From the NCBI GenBank assembly GCA_026770705.1, contig JANJGN010000121.1, positions 496,001 to 560,000 on the forward strand: DNA of 64,000 nucleotides, read 5' to 3'. The notes under the pieces were generated by a model, which was given only the letters and a program-made list of their open reading frames with translations, ran no database searches and was not told the origin of the DNA. This DNA is from Isurus oxyrinchus. Taxonomy: Eukaryota. Position numbers and translations under genes: made by a program. Shown piece by piece: positions 24,815 to 37,439 of this stretch (position 1 is its first letter; each line of letters begins with the position of its first letter).

Positions 24815-25325
24815 CTGTAATAGAGATGGAAATGGACAGAGTGACAATCAACATGATGTGTATTCGGTGTTGGGTTTGATTACTGGGGAGAGAGTTCCAG
24901 ATTTCCACTCCCCTTTGTGTGAAGAAGTGCTTCCTGACATCACCCCTGAATGGCCTGGCTCCAATCTGAAGTTCCAGCCCCCTTGTTCTGGACTCCACCC
25001 GACCCCCACCACCCACCCCCACCCGAGGGAATAGCTTCTCTCTATCGACCCTATCGAGTGTTTAATCAGTTTGAACCCCTCAATTAGATCCCTCCTTAAT
25101 CTTCTAGACCCGAGGGAATATAATCGTAGACTGTGTGTAACCTGTCTGCATAATTTAACCAGAAAGATGTTCTGTACAACAAACCTGAGCTTCACACCCA
25201 GATCTCAATAATCAGTAGAAATCTTTCAAAGGCATCAATCATTGGAATCTGTCTTTATAAAGTCACAACATCAACAAAGGATGGTGTTGGTGGTGGAAAT
25301 GAATTCCAATCGTTCCGTTACTTAC

Positions 25326-25410
25326 CCAGGACCTGTCCGACTGCTCGCCTGAGGAGGAACTGCCCACACGCTCTGCTTGGGCTGAATGACCTCTTCCTGT
25401 GCTGCTCCCT
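25326..25410 (-). CDS. G3 juxtamembrane exon (85 nt, phase 2-0), (K)GSSTGRGHSAQAERVGSSSGEQSDRSW
   Basis: ctaat..acacag acceptor, gtaagt donor. Bridges the phase-2 end of the TM exon to the phase-0 cytoplasmic exon with no stop. Confidence 0.68.
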
Positions 25411-25699
25411 CTGTGTATTTAATTAGAAAGGGTGGATGTGTCACTGTGAGTCAAATCAGGAATTGGGGAACAATTGTGAAAACCCTTTCACTGAAATGTA
25501 GGGCCTTAGTGTTGTGTTGTAAGCAAACTGTTAACCCTTTGTGTCCTGACTCTGTGACGTGATTCCTGTGTAAAGCTGAGCAGTCGTTGAGCGACTTTCA
25601 ATTCACTGCTCAGTCCAGATGTTGAGGTGGATCTTCTGAAGGAGCAGATGTTGCTCAGCACTCCTAAAAAATGTCAGATACTGAACATTGTGTAAGAGG

Positions 25700-25910
25700 A
25701 TGAGAGAGAAAATGAGAAGGAGAGCATTAGTGGAGACTGGAGAGAGAGTGAATGAGAGAGAGAATGAGAAGGAGAGCATTAGTGGAGATAAGAGAGAGAG
25801 TGAATGAGAGAGAGAATGAGAAGGCGTGCATTAGTGGAGATTGGAGAGAGAGTGAATGAGAGAGAGAATGAGAAGGAGAGCATTAGTGGAGATAAGAGGG
25901 AGTGAATGAA
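25700..25910. repeat. GA-rich ~50-bp tandem repeat, about 4 copies
   Basis: gagagaatgagaaggagagcattagtggaga... units. Confidence 0.75.
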
Positions 25911-26218
25911 ACATGGAAAATGGAAAGAGATTGCATTCACTAACAAAAGAAAGGTTTTCATTTATATAGCACCTTTCACATCCTCAGGAGGTCACAATGT
26001 ATTTTATGGTCTGGGTCAACACTGCCAGTTACAGGACTGAGTTGTGAAACAGTGAAAGGTGGATGAGATGTTAAACAGTAGGTGAACATCAAAACTCTTC
26101 AGGGGCTGTGAAGGGTTTTGGATGGTAAAAGGTGCTATTGAAATGCAAGTTCTTTCTATAAGGAGAGAAGGTTGAAGAAAAAATGTTTGAAATCAACCAA
26201 TTAAACCTTCGCACTTAC

Positions 26219-26315
26219 TTTCTCACACACTTGAAAATGAAGAATCCACTCAGTCCAACATTCAAACAGATTCCAGCTCCAAGCAATCCTGCTTTCCATT
26301 CATTGGAATCTCGCC
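26219..26315 (-). CDS. G3 transmembrane exon (97 nt, phase 1-2), (R)RDSNEWKAGLLGAGICLNVGLSGFFIFKCVR
   Basis: ttttacag/gtaagt; 20-aa uncharged Gly-rich segment followed by basic residues, similar in style to CD33-type TM exons. Confidence 0.82.
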
Positions 26316-26499
26316 CTGTAAAATCAGCCAATGAATGACTCCGGTACAGTTTGAGAATGGTTCCCTATGTACATGTAGTAATTCTGAACTTGTGAAGTGA
26401 TATTTTCTATGCATGAAAGGTCTATACAAATAACATATATCTATGTAATATTTATTGATAATATCCATGTACATGCAGGTTTCTATAAGGAGGATTCAC

Positions 26500-27540
26500 A
26501 TATAACAGAGGTGCCAAGCTGCTGAGGTGACACACAGGACTACATACACGCCAAACAGCGGAAACAACATGCTATAGACAGAGCAAAGCGATCCCACAAC
26601 CAACGGGTCAGATCTAAGCTCTGCAGTCCTGCCACATCCAGTCATGAATGGTGATGGACAATTAAAGATCTAACAGGAGGAGGATGTTCCACAAATATCC
26701 CCATCCTTAATGATGGGGGAGCTCAGCACATCAGTGCAAACGACAATGCTGAAGCTTTGGCAACCATGTTCAGCCAGAAGTGCTGAGTGGATGCTCCATC
26801 TCGGCCTCCTCCAGAGGGTCCCAGCATCACAGATGTCAGCTTTCAGACAATTCGATTGACTCCACGTGACATCAGGAATCAGCTGATGATACTGGATACA
26901 GCAAAGGCTATTGGCCCTGGCAACAACCCAGCAACTGGAAATAATGTGGCTACAAGAGCGGGTAAGAGGCTGGGAACTCTGTGGTGAGTAACTCACCTCC
27001 TGACTCCCCAAAGCCTGTCCACCATCGGACAAGGCACAAGTCAGGAGTCTGATGGAATAATCTCCACTTGGCTGGATGAGTGCAGCTCCAACAACACTCA
27101 AGAAGCTTGACGCCATCCAGGAGCAGCTTGTTTGATCGACAGCCCATCCACCAGCATAAACATTCATACCCTCCACCACTGGCACACAGTGGCAGCAGTG
27201 TGCACCATCTACAAGATGCACTGCAGCAACTCACCAAGGTTCCTTCGACAGCACCTTCCAAACCCTTAACCTCTTCCACCAAGACAGTTCCAAGTCAGTG
27301 TGGTGTGTGACTTGGAGGCGAACTTGTGGTGTTGGTCTTCCATGAGATTTGGAAATATATCGGCCGTACCTTCACCGTCGCTGGGACAAAATCATGGAAC
27401 TCCCTCCCTAACAGCACTGTGGGTGTACCTACACCACATGGACTGCAGTAGTTAAAGAAGGCAGCTCACCACCACCTTCTCAAGGGGCAGTTACAGATGG
27501 GCAATAATTTCTGGCCTTGTCAACAATGCCCATATCCCAT
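26500..27540 (+). mobile_element. Non-LTR retrotransposon (CR1/L2 group) fragment
   Basis: Same family as 40300-41045(-), 44440-44900, 47525-47990, 62265-62580(-) and 63140-64000(-) (VRSVMEYSP..WMSAAPTTLKKLD motif). Confidence 0.75.
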
Positions 27541-27580
27541 GAGCTAATAAAAACAGAATGTTCAATTCTGTGTAACTCAC

Positions 27581-27862
27581 GTTCCACAGTGATGGTTATG
27601 AACCCCTCCACTGCTCCATGTTCATTCTCTGCCACACACTGATAGTCTCCAGTGTCCCTGGATGTAACGTGAGGAATCACCAACCACAGCTCATTGTTGG
27701 AACTTGTTCTGTTCATTGGGACATTAAGATGTCGCCACGTCAGGTTAGAAGCTGGGAAGCTCTCGACAGAGCAGATTATCACTGCAGAATTCCCCTCAAT
27801 TATATTGATCGATGAAGCGTTAATCATATCAAGAGAAGTAATTGATAGGTTCCGTGGTGCAT
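27581..27862 (-). CDS. G3 third C2 exon (282 nt, phase 1-1)
   Basis: (Y)APRNLSI...IICSVESFPASNLTW...DTGDYQCVAENEHG...TVE; tttag/gtgagt. Confidence 0.9.
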
Positions 27863-28745
27863 CTAAATACAAATAAAGGTTTCATTGTGAGCAAACACAG
27901 TGCACAGCAAGACTCCATGATACATCTCTCTCTATTTGGTGTCTATGTGCATTTCAAGGTTCTTTCCTGTTTTAAGTTCCTATGTCAACTTTTATAATGG
28001 TCACTGCTGGTGTTTTTCTTTTTGTACATTCATGGGAAGTGGCTGTATCTATCTAGACCAGCATTTATTACCCATCCCTAATTGCCCTTGAGGAGGTGGT
28101 GGTGAGTTTTTCACCCCCACAGAATTCCCAGCCTCTGACCGGCTCCTGTAGCCACAGTATTTATGGCCGGTCCAGTTAGTTGTTTGGTTAACATCCCCCA
28201 GGATGTTGATTGTGGGGGATTCAGTGATAGGAAACTCACTGAACATCAAGGGGAGATGGTTAGATTCTCTCTTGTTGGAGATGATCACTGCCTGGTGCTT
28301 GTGATGCATTAATTGTCATTTCTCAGCCCAAGCTGAGTGTTATTCAGCTCTTGCTGCGTGTGGATATGTAAACTGTCACGCTGTAATTACAGCCTTCCAC
28401 CAGAGGAGACACTGTCGGGCTAGGAGAAAAGAAAATGTCTTTCACATCATCAGGATGTTCACAGGGATTTGACAGTGGAGGAATTGCTTTAGAATAATGG
28501 GGTATTGAGTGATAAACCTACAATTCTCTGTGCAGGGGGCTGCTCGTCCAATACAGGGTCTTGTTCAGCTGATGTCGTCAGTGTTTTAGAGCAGAATCTG
28601 GAGCAACACTCCAGTGCAGCACAGGGAGAACAGACAACTCACACATGTCTGTGTGTGTGTGAGCAAGCACACGTGTGATTCTGTGTATGTTTCCTTCTGT
28701 GTGTGTGCATGCAGGTGTACACACCTGTGCACATGTGGGATTGCA

Positions 28746-28927
28746 NNNNNNNNNNNNNNNNNNNNNNNNNNNNNNNNNNNNNNNNNNNNNNNNNNNNNNN
28801 NNNNNNNNNNNNNNNNNNNNNNNNNNNNNNNNNNNNNNNNNNNNNNNNNNNNNNNNNNNNNNNNNNNNNNNNNNNNNNNNNNNNNNNNNNNNNNNNNNNN
28901 NNNNNNNNNNNNNNNNNNNNNNNNNNN
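28746..28927. other. Assembly gap (N run)
   Basis: Ns; begins directly after the GT donor of the 28930-29211 exon. Confidence 1.
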
Positions 28928-28929
28928 AC

Positions 28930-29211
28930 ATTCCACAGTGTTGGTTCTGAATCCCTCCACTGCTCCATGTTCATTCTCTGCCACACACTGATAGTCTCCA
29001 GTGTCCCTGGATGTAACGTGAGGAATCACCAACCACAGCTCATTGTTGGAACTTGTTCTGTTCATTGGGACATTAAGATGTCGCCACGTCAGGTTAGAAG
29101 CTGGGAAGCTCTTGACAGAGCAGATTATCACTGCAGAATTCCCCTCAATTATATTGATCGATGAAGCATTAATCACATCAAGAGAAGTAATTGAGAGATT
29201 CTGTGGTGCAT
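28930..29211 (-). CDS. G3 second C2 exon (282 nt, phase 1-1)
   Basis: (D)APQNLSI...YQCVAENEHG...TVE; ttttag acceptor, GT donor at the gap edge. Confidence 0.85.
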
Positions 29212-29339
29212 CTAAAAACAAATAAACATCAATTAAGTTACACTGACTGTGAAGCACTTTGAAAGACACTGAGAATGTGAAAGGTGTGATATCAATATAG
29301 GTTCTTTCACCACAAAGCCCATAATCCAGCCAGACACCT

Positions 29340-30035
29340 CAGTTCAGTACTGAGGGTGTGCTGCACTGTGGGAGGGTCAGTACTGAGGGAGTGCTGCACT
29401 GTCAGAGAGTCAGTACTGAGGGAGTACTGCACCATCAGAGATTCAGTACTGAGGGAGTGCTGAACTGTCAGAGGGTCAGTACTGAGGGAGTGCTGTACTG
29501 TCGGTGGGTAAGTACTGAGGGAGTGCTGCACTGTCAGAGAGTCAGTAAGGAGGGAGTGCTGCACTGTCAGAGGTTCAGTACATAGGGACTGCTGCACTGT
29601 CTGATGGTCAGTACAGAGGGGTTGTTGCACTGTCGGAGGGTCAGAAATGAGGATGTGCTGCACTCTCAGAAGGTCAGTACTGAGGGGGTGCTGCACTGTC
29701 GAAGAGTCATTACTGAGGGGGTGCTGCACTGTGGGAGGGTCAGTACTGAGGGAGCACTGCACTGTTGAAGGGTCAGTACTGAGTGAGTGCTGCACTGTCG
29801 AAGGGTCAGTACTGAGGGAGTGCTGCACTGTTAGAGGGTCAGTACAGAGGGAGTGCTGCACTGTCAGAGGGTCAGTACTGAGGGAGCACTGCACTGTCAA
29901 AGGGTCAGTACTGAGGGAGTGCTGCACTGTCAAAGGGTCAGTACTGAGGGAGTGCTGCACTGTCAGAGGATCAGTACTGAGGGAGTGCTGCAGTGTTGGA
30001 GAGTCAGTATTCAAGGACTGCTGCAGTGTCAGAGG
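29340..30035. repeat. 33-bp tandem array, about 21 units
   Basis: Visible; the equivalent introns of G2 and G4 carry only about one unit. Confidence 0.92.
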
Positions 30036-30154
30036 CGGATTTGTATCAGTTAAAGACTATTGATTTGTTGCTAAACACAATGCAGTTGTGGGATCTTGCA
30101 GTGTACAATGAAGAGCATTCTAGCTAATGTAGATGGAAGGGTGTCCGTTCTTAC

Positions 30155-30451
30155 CTTGCACAGTTAGTATGAGGGTCTGCTCCGATGAAACAGATGGATA
30201 TCTCACTCTGCAGCTGAGAGTGTGTCCGTGGTGTTTGAGTGATGGGATCAGGGTCAGAACAGAAGTATAGGTCAGAGTGACACCATGCTGAGTTACAGTG
30301 TTTGAGACTGATCCAGGTACGTCAGTGGGAGTGTCCCAGGTTAAGACAGGTGCTGCTGTTCCATTGCACGTTGTGTTGAAGGTGCAGCTTACATCCACAC
30401 GCTTTCCTGCAATAATTTCAGCAGGGAATATCGTGGGTTTATCTGTGAAAT
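30155..30451 (-). CDS. G3 first C2 exon (297 nt)
   Basis: Paralog of 15538-15834, intact splice sites. Confidence 0.92.
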
Positions 30452-30822
30452 CTAACAGACAGGGAATGGATCCTTTTAGAGAAATATAATGTGAAGCATC
30501 AGTTCAAATAGAAACCACAGTCCCATAACAGAAAGCACTTTTACAAGGATGATATCAGAACTGAGATGTTTTAACGATCCTGATAGACTGTTAGACACGA
30601 TTCGAGAGATCGATGGGAGTGGAATACATTTAATCATTGATATTAAAGTGAGTTTTAAATGTTGCTTTAGGACTGAACTGGAAGCTATCACCAGGTTATT
30701 GAGAATCAGACAGTGTGTTATAATAAGCTGTGTTTTGTGTTAATATGTAAACGTCACAGTTTGTGTTATTTCCCATTGAGTGTTGGATGTGAATTGGTGA
30801 GTAATTATAACACAGCACTTAC

Positions 30823-31191
30823 CAGAAACATGAAGCTGGGTTACAGGGTAATAGTTATGGCTCGGACCATTGTCAAATTCTATTCTGAAAAAATAAGGTC
30901 CTGCATCTTCCCGTCTGATGTTGTTTATAATCAGGGAACAGTCGCCATCTTTCAGGTCTCCAGACAGCCGGGTCCGATGGTGGAACCGTGGTAACTCGTG
31001 ACTGTGATCCTTGGAGTGAAAGGCAATGGGAGCCCAGGGAATCTGTTTCTCATTATTAAACCAGACTCCACCTCGCGGTTGGTTTTCCAGACACGATGGA
31101 TAACTGTAATGACATGGAATCTGTACACACGAACCTTCCTGAGCTGTCACCTCTCGTGGAGTGTCACCTTTCCACTCTTGTGAGGGTTCAG
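30823..31191 (-). CDS. G3 second V-set exon (369 nt)
   Basis: Intact, YFFRIE, extra BC-loop Cys. Confidence 0.92.
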
Positions 31192-31249
31192 CTGGGGAGA
31201 GAAATCTCAATATTTATCTCTGGATGGTTTGTGGATCCACTGAACCCGA

Positions 31250-32120
31250 TATTTACAGATGAGGCTGAATTGGGGGGATGGTCAATACTGAGGAGGACTG
31301 CAACAAATTGCAGGATGATATACATTCTGATGAAGAGTCATACGGACTCGAAACGTTAACTCTGTCTTCCTCTCCACAGATACTGTCAGACCTGCTGAGT
31401 TTTTCCTGCAATTTTTGTTTTAGTTACAGATTTCCAACAGCTGCAGAATTTTGCTTTTACATTACAGAAAGATATTAATAAAGTTGCAGAATGGGCAGGT
31501 CATTGACAAATGAGTTTCTACGTTAATAAATGTGAGGCATTACATTTTGTTCAGGAAAATGAGGAGCTTGTATCTTACCTCGAAAATAAGAATCTAATTG
31601 GGGTAGAGGAACAACGTGATCTGGGCCGGAAATACAGGAATCAGTAAATGTGGGGACGCAGGTTAACAAGGGAATTAAACATACAAACTAAACACTCGAG
31701 ATTATTTCTCCAGGGATTGAATTGAAAAGTAGAGAAGTGATGTGAAACTTGTCCTGAACCTTGGTCTGACTGCACCTGGAGTCACGTGTGCCGTTCTGGT
31801 CCCCACATTGTAAAAAGGATATGGAGACAGTGGAGAGGGTGGTAAAAAGCTTCACAAGGATGATCTCCGCAATGTGAGGCTTTACCTATCAGGAGAGGCT
31901 GAACAGGCTGGGTCTCTGTTCTCTTGAACAGAGAAGGTTGAGGGGTGACCTCATTTGACCTTTGAAGTAATGAAAGGTTTTGATCGAGTAGACATGGAGA
32001 GAGTGTTTCCACTCCTCACAATGAACAAAACCAGAGGCTGACAATATAACATCCTCACTAATAAATCCAATGGGGAATTCAGAAGAAAATTATTTTCCCA
32101 GAGACTGGGGAGAATGTGTA
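31250..32120 (+). mobile_element. CR1-like LINE fragment with nested Penelope-tail insertion
   Basis: EEDCNKLQDDI, decayed RT C-terminal motifs. Confidence 0.7.
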
Positions 32121-32848
32121 CTTAAAGAATCACTTCATTGGCTGTGAATCAGTTTAGGATCGTCCTGAGGTGGTGAAAGGCGCTATGGAAATGTGAGACT
32201 TGCTTTTGTATTTTGAAAGCAGGTTTCCAAGATTGAGATGGGAACTGAGAGGTAACAACAATCAGCAGCAACTTTCCTATTTTCAAACTTGGTGGGGAAT
32301 GTGTCACTGAGCTGAATACACTTTCACTCCCAGACCCTTGAATTGCCAACACTGGGGTGTGGGTGATGGAGCAGTCCACAGCTCATGGAACCCTGGCTCA
32401 TCATTCTCTCAGAGATCTGGGTCACTGATCCCATTGCTCTCTATGGGATCTTCCTGTGCACAAACTCACTGCCACGTTAGACAGTGACTATACTTCAAGA
32501 ATTTCTTCATTGTCTGTGAAGTGATTTGGTACGTGGTGAAAGGTGCTATAGAAATGCAAGTCTTTACTTTGTCGATTTGCCAGACTTTTAAATAGGGATT
32601 AGAGAGTTCTATGTGAGTGGATAACCTGATAACATTGATGGACACAGTCAACACATTTAACCATTGATATTAAAGTGAGTATTAGACGTTGCTTTAGGAC
32701 TGAATTGGAAGCTATCACCAGGTTATTGAGATCAGACAGTGTGTTATAATAAGCTGTGTTTTGTGTTAATATGTAAACGTCACAGTTTGTGTTATTTCCC
32801 ACTGAGTGTTGAATGTGAATTGTTGAGTAATTATAACACAGCACTTAC

Positions 32849-33217
32849 CAGAAACGTGAAGCTGGGTTACAGGGTAATAGTTATGTCTCGGACCATTGTC
32901 AAATTCTATTCTGAAAAAATAAGGTCCTGCATCTTCCCGTCTGATGTTGTTTATAATCAGGGAACAGTCGCCATCTTTCAGGTCTCCAGACAGCCGGGTC
33001 CGATGGTGGAACCGTGGTAACTCGTGACTGTGATCCTTGGAGTGAAAGGCAATGGGAGCCCAGGGAATCTGTTTCTCATTATTAAACCAGACTCCACCTC
33101 GTGGTTGGCTTTCCAAATGTGCTGGATAACTGTAATGACATGGAATCTGTACACACGAACCTTCCTGCGCTGTCACCTCTCGTGGAGTGTCACCTTTCCA
33201 CTCTTGTGACAGTCCAA
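32849..33217 (-). CDS. G3 first V-set exon (369 nt)
   Basis: Intact, YFFRIE. Confidence 0.92.
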
Positions 33218-36200
33218 CTGGGGAGAGAAATATCAATATTTAACTCTGGATGTTTTTTTGATCCATAATTCTTGATATCCACTCCCTCCATCACTGGGGC
33301 ACAGTGGCTGCAGTTTGGACCATCTACAGGACACACAAGTAACTCCCCAAGGTTTCACAATGGATCGATGAGAGTCCTGGACACAGGAGTGGACAAGTTC
33401 ATTCTACCTTGGTTCATGGTCCTCAGGACTCTATTTAGTTTTTTCAAATTATTCATTCATGGGATTTATTACCCATCCCATGTCCATCAGAGGCATTTAA
33501 TAGTCAACCACATTGCGGTGGGATTGGAGTGATATGTAGGCCACACTGGGTAAGGGTGGCAGATTTCCTTCCCTGAAGGTGATCAGTGAACCAGGCTTTT
33601 TAATCCCATTCATCTGCCATGATGGAATTCACACCCAGGGCCCCAGATCATCACCCTGGGCCTCTGGAATACTAGCCCAGTGACAATACCTCTCTGCTAC
33701 CGCTTCCCCTTAGTGAAGCCAGTCTTCTACCCAACACAGTGTCTACAAGACGCACTATTTGAGATCCATTCAATGCTGATTTACAAGACAGGACAATGGA
33801 TTAGGAGCCCTCAGAACTCCCCCCATTATCACCGTCATGAATCACTAATTAGCCTAACATTCCTGTCTGCTCTTCAACACAGCTGATTGAATCAGATTAG
33901 CCAATCTGATTGGTGTTCATTCCCTCTTCAACTTTTAAGGAATCACCAATCACTCGGCCTCTAGTTATTCCCCTGCCCACAAGAGGGAACATTCTCTGTC
34001 TACCCAGTCAACCAAAACATTTCATCTAATCCTAGTGGTGCTTGAGTATATAGTCGGGAATCCAGGGCAATGGAGCCTCAGGAGAAGAGATGGAAACGCT
34101 GTGAGGTGGAATGTTACTGAGGCCATCCGAGTTGAAGCGACTTTTGGAGAGAATTCCAAGGCAAGATCTTCGAAGTTGAAGATTGGAATCCCTCATGAGA
34201 GAAACAGAGTTTCAGTGAGATTGGTTGACTGACAGTGTTCACTGATGTCCGGGTGGGTTGTTGTGAAATCCATGGGATCTGTCTTGGTCGCGTTTACAAT
34301 TTAATGAATAATGTGGCTGTGAGACCACAGTTTGTCTGTTAATTCACATGAGCTAATGTTAATCCAGAATGTTAGGGTATAAGGTGGATATTGTGAATTA
34401 TTTTATCTTTCTGAGCTGGTGCAGTCAAGTTTATTTTTGTTTGTTTAAAATCCATGGAATTTTGTAGCTTTATTCTCTTCGCAAGTGTCTTAAATCTCAA
34501 ACCTCTTCTACTTGAAACAAAATATTATTGGTTCCTAACTATAAATTTTCAAAAAAATTGGGTGTCTGTTCCTCCATCAGCAACTCTTCAGAATCCTGCT
34601 GAAGTCACGGATATTTCAGAAGGACAGGGAACAAGAAGTTTCTGGTATCAGCGTTTTGTGTGGGGCCCAGTTCAGTTTGAACAAATAAACAACACCATCT
34701 TTGAAAGTCATGAACCCACTGCAGCGGCACCTCCGACACATGCAGAGCTCAGGCGAGAGGCGCTTTGTTAGTGTGTTTCACAGTGTCTGCTGGAGTAGGG
34801 TCAGTGCTGAGAGGGTCTGCTCAAGGATCATAACAACCTGCACTTGCACCTTCCAAGTAATAAGATTTTGTAAATGTATTCATTCATGGGATGTGGGCGT
34901 CGCTGCCAAGGCCAGCATTTGCTGCCCATCTCTAATGTCCCGTGACATAATCTCTGTAGCAGAGTAGAGACAATCATGATCACTCAGGATATTTGACATC
35001 TATCCACATGAGCAGCTTTACCTTCCTTCTCTCTTTCAGTTATCTTACTCCCTTATTGAAGTTTCTAGCATGGTGAGAACTGGATGGTTTGCTCGGACAT
35101 TTCAGAGGAACCACGTTGCTATGAGTCTGGAGTCACATGTAGGCCAGACCAGATATAGACGGCAGATTTCCTTCCCTAAAGGCCATTAGTGAACCAGATG
35201 GGTGTGTATGACAATCGATGATAGTTTCATGGTCTCCATTACTGAGACTAACTCCCATTAGTGTAAACAGAGTGAACAGTTTTCCATTGATCCCACCTTT
35301 CCCGTTCTCTCCGGTATTTTACACACTATTGCTCGATAATTTGATTCTGCCAAGGACCCCTTGGAAAATTATGGACACCAATTAGACCACCGATGGAATA
35401 AGGAATCTCGTTGGATCCTCATTGTCTGAGGAATCTCTATGCATTCTCATTGTCTAAGGAATCTCTTTGGATCCTCATTGTCAAAGGGATTATTTCTGAT
35501 CCAAACCCCATATTGTTGTATTGTTGATTCCGATGCAGCATTGTAGACTGACTTGTCCCCAAGCTCAGCACTGACCCTACTCCAGCAGACCCTGTGAAAC
35601 ACACTAACAAAGTGCCTCTAGCCTGAGCTCTGCATGAGTCGGAGGTGCCACTGTGGTGGGTTCATGACTTTCAAAGATGGTGTTGTCATTTTTTTTGTTC
35701 CAACTGAACTGGGCCCCACATGAAGTGTTGATACCAAAGACCTTGTGTTCCCTGTCCTTCTGAAACATCTGTGATTCAGCAGGATTCTGAAGATTTGCTG
35801 ATAAGGGTCTTAAATTGTCTGATTGTTGATTGATACAACACAGGAGGAGCTCATGTGACCCATCGTGCATGTGCTGATTCTTTCCCAATTCCTCTCCAAC
35901 ACCTTTCGCACATTCCTGCAAATTTCCCTTCAAGTATTTATCCAGTTCCCCTTCTGAAAGTTCCTGTTGAATCTGCTTCCACCGCTCTTTCAGGCAGTGA
36001 GGCAATGGTCTCTCTCTGAGCTGCAAAGTGCCCAGATTCCGTGAAATTTAAACTATGCAGCAGATCAGAGACAATCATGATAACTCAGAATATTTGTCAC
36101 CTTTACACACAGACAGCTTTGCCTTCCTTCTCTCTTTCAGTTATCTTGCTCTCTTATTGAAGTATCTAGCAAGGTGAGAATGGACAGGAAGTGTGACACT

Positions 36201-36674
36201 GAACAGCCTGTCTATTCTAGGAGCTGCTGTGCTGTCTTCATGGGCAATTTTGAATAAAGGCAGCAAAGGATACAAATTTCAGGCCATTGCTATCGGAGAC
36301 CTAACATTAGGATAGACTTCATCCCCCAGTTTTTATCCGTGCTTCTCGACTCAACCCATCACTCCCCATCGCTCACTGACCAACGTCCGATAGCACCTGG
36401 ATTTTAAGATTCTGCTCTCGCTGCTACAACCCTGCCTATCCCTGTAAACTCCTCCAGCCCCTACAACCCTGCAAGACCACTGGTCTCCTCCAATTCTGCT
36501 GTCAGACAGGGAGTCAGTGTATATCAGTGAGCACAGGGGTGATGGGTGAATGGGACTTGGTGTGAGTTTGTACACTGGCTCACTGCTGAATCAGTTCCCT
36601 ATCAGAGCTCAATAAGAATGATCTTTTACAAAGACTATTAACCATAAATCTGTCTGAGCTGACAATGGTATTAC

Positions 36675-36714
36675 CTTGGAGAAGTGACAGGAGGAAGTAA
36701 GATTTCCCGATCAT
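36675..36714 (-). CDS. G3 leader exon CDS, MIGKSYFLLSLLQ
   Basis: ATG, phase-1 gtaat donor. Confidence 0.87.
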
Positions 36715-37164
36715 TGTCCACTCCCAGATATTTCCTCAGCTTCTAACTCTGAAGTTCTGAAAGAGAAAGGAGTTAATGAGACTTCACCTCTTGTCCGACA
36801 GCTCTCGAGAGATCAGAACTGCTTTTAGACAATATCTTCACAGACAAATTTGATTCTCTGTGGGATGATAGGTGCTCTGCAGAGAGTTACAAGGCTTTAA
36901 GAAAGAAAAACACTGAAGGACTTGCATTTCTATAGCACCTTTCACCACCTCAGGACACCCCAAAGCTCATGTCCCTGCTCTTCTCTCATCCCTTGAGCTA
37001 GAAAGATGTTCTGTACAACAGACTTGAGCCTCACACCCAGATCTCAATAATCAGTAGAAATCTTTCAAAGGCATCAATCATTGGAATCTGTCTTTATAAA
37101 GTCACAACATCAACAAAGGACGGTGTTGGTGGTGGAAGTGAATTCCAATCGTTCCGTTACTTAC

Positions 37165-37249
37165 CCAGGACCTGTCCGACTGCTCGCCTGGGGAGGAACT
37201 GCCCACACGCTCTGCTTGGGCTGAATGACCTCTTCCTGTGCTGATCCAT
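37165..37249 (-). other. G3 85-nt upstream exon; PU.1 motif at 37292-37304
   Basis: Paralog of 10436-10520. Confidence 0.7.
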
Positions 37250-37439
37250 CTGTGTATTTAATTAGAAAGGATTGATGTGTCTCTGTGAGACAAAATGAGG
37301 AAGTTGGAACAAAGTGAGTGAACAGCACTTTGCTGTGCACTGTCAGTAAACCCTGTGTCTGTATAAGAATATAAGAACAGAACAAGTAGGATCAGCTGGA
37401 CACCCTGACATTTTCACTCCTTATATTCCATCCACTCAT

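Noticed and set aside
25600-25664. Alternative G3 exon after a ttttttag acceptor
   Set aside because: In phase 2 it reaches a stop after ~20 codons, has no paralog and no phase-0 donor; at most a minor truncated isoform.
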